From the NCBI GenBank assembly GCA_052327205.1, contig CM126219.1, forward strand, positions 24,800,001 to 24,864,000: a stretch of DNA of 64,000 nucleotides, written 5' to 3'. Below the pieces are notes generated by a model that saw only the letters and a list, made by a program, of their open reading frames with translations, had not been told where the DNA came from and did no database searches. Made by a program: the position numbers and the translations under genes. Shown here in pieces: positions 62,801 to 64,000 of the stretch. Origin of the DNA: Somniosus microcephalus (Eukaryota). How positions within the stretch are numbered: the first letter of the stretch is position 1; every line of letters starts with the position of its first letter.

Positions 62801-64000
62801 ACAACCGTTCTGAGATTCCTACTCCGAATGCAGCTCATCATCACCGTCATCTGCGACGCATTGCAGACGAGATCCCACCTCTAGACCCAGATGCAGGCAT
62901 ACTTCTGTTGTTGGGAAGGGACATCCTGAGGGGACATAAGATAAGGAAACAGATCAACAGTCCACATGACGCCCCTTTCGCCCAAATGCTAGACCTCGGC
63001 TGGGTCGTTGTTGGAGACGTGTGCCTCAAGGGTGCTCACAAGCCATCTCAGGTGAGCACACTCAAGACTTCCATCTTGGAGAATGGTCGTCCAAGCTACC
63101 TTACCCCATGCAGTAGTCAGATCCGAGTGACAGAGAAGTTCAGTCATACGGCCCAGCCTCAGAACCCCCCAGCGCTGATCTCCACAAACAGCACACAGAT
63201 GATGCTCACTGGAGAGAACCCGGGTCAGTCAGTCTTCTGTCGGACCGCCAATGACCACAAACTTGCTCCATCGATCGACGACATGAGATTCCTCCAGATT
63301 ATGGACAATGAGGTCTCTCGTGACAGCTCTAACAGCTGAGTTGCACCCGTACCCTTCCAGAACCCCAGACGACGGCTGCCGAACAACAGGGAGTGTGCCT
63401 ATAATCGTCTTAACTCACTCCGTCGCACACTAGAGAAGAAGCCAAAGACGAAAGCACACTTCCTAGAATTTGTCAAGAAAATGCTTGTCAACAATCATGC
63501 AGAGATAGCTCCTCCACTCCAGGAAGGCCAAGAGTGTTGGTACCTCCCTACCTTCGGAGCCTATCACCCCAAAAAGCCAGAATAGATCCGCATGGTGTTT
63601 GACTCCAGTGCACCATATCAGGGAGTCTCTCTCAATGACGTACTCCTCACAGGGCCCGATCTCAACAATAGCCTCTTGGGAGTACTCATGAGATTCAGGA
63701 AAGAGCCCGTCGCCATCACTGCCGATATCCAGCACATGTTTCATTGCTTTGTGGTGAGAGAAGACCACAGAGACTTCCTCCGCTTCCTGTGGTATCGGGA
63801 CAACGACCCCAATAGAGATATTGTAGACTACAGAATGCATGTCCATGTCTTTGGGAATAGCCCGTCCCCTGCTGTCGCCATATATGGATTGAGGAGGGCT
63901 GCCAAGGAAGAAGATGACGACTTTGGCAGTGATGTGAGAGGGCTCATCGAACGAGAGTTCTATGTCGGCGACGCACTGAAGTCATTCCCGACCGAAGCAG
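59894..64000 (+). mobile_element. BEL/Pao LTR retrotransposon (runs out of the window)
   Basis: Putative 5' LTR 59894-60436 (TGTTCTGG...CCAGTACA); ORF 60532-63339 with three Cys-His knuckles and LDEQS protease; downstream RT (WYLP, R.VFDSS, GPDLNN, ADI.HMF, HVFG..PSP) with stops. Confidence 0.9.

Overview
Repeat-dense eukaryotic DNA, most likely from a cartilaginous fish (shark-type CR1, Deu-domain SINEs, Harbinger and Penelope repeats; this is an inference). The host content is a GH18 chitinase cluster. (1) An intact 11-coding-exon acidic-chitinase-like gene lies on the minus strand (44581->32358, 477 aa, TATA and GATA promoter, intact DxxDxDxE motif, CBM14 domain). (2) The 3' end of an inverted, convergent paralog lies at 1-1546, with a frameshifted chitin-binding domain. 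(3) Remnant exons of a third, diverged paralog lie at about 26830, 14281 and 14204-14000. The rest is nested mobile DNA: three Mag-like Gypsy LTR elements, a BEL/Pao element, a solo LTR, CR1/L2/RTE/Penelope pieces, SINEs, a SINE-derived 33-bp minisatellite and many Harbinger-type elements with 3-bp TSDs. Two structures stand out. A tRNA-Lys(UUU)-like sequence in chitinase intron 5 carries, in its D-loop, a perfect 28-nt copy of exon 9 that is antisense to the mRNA. A 2.26-kb unclassified insertion, built from two long tandem palindromes plus terminal hairpins, sits just after the chitinase stop codon. Coordinates were counted by hand and repeat family names come from recall, not from a database search.
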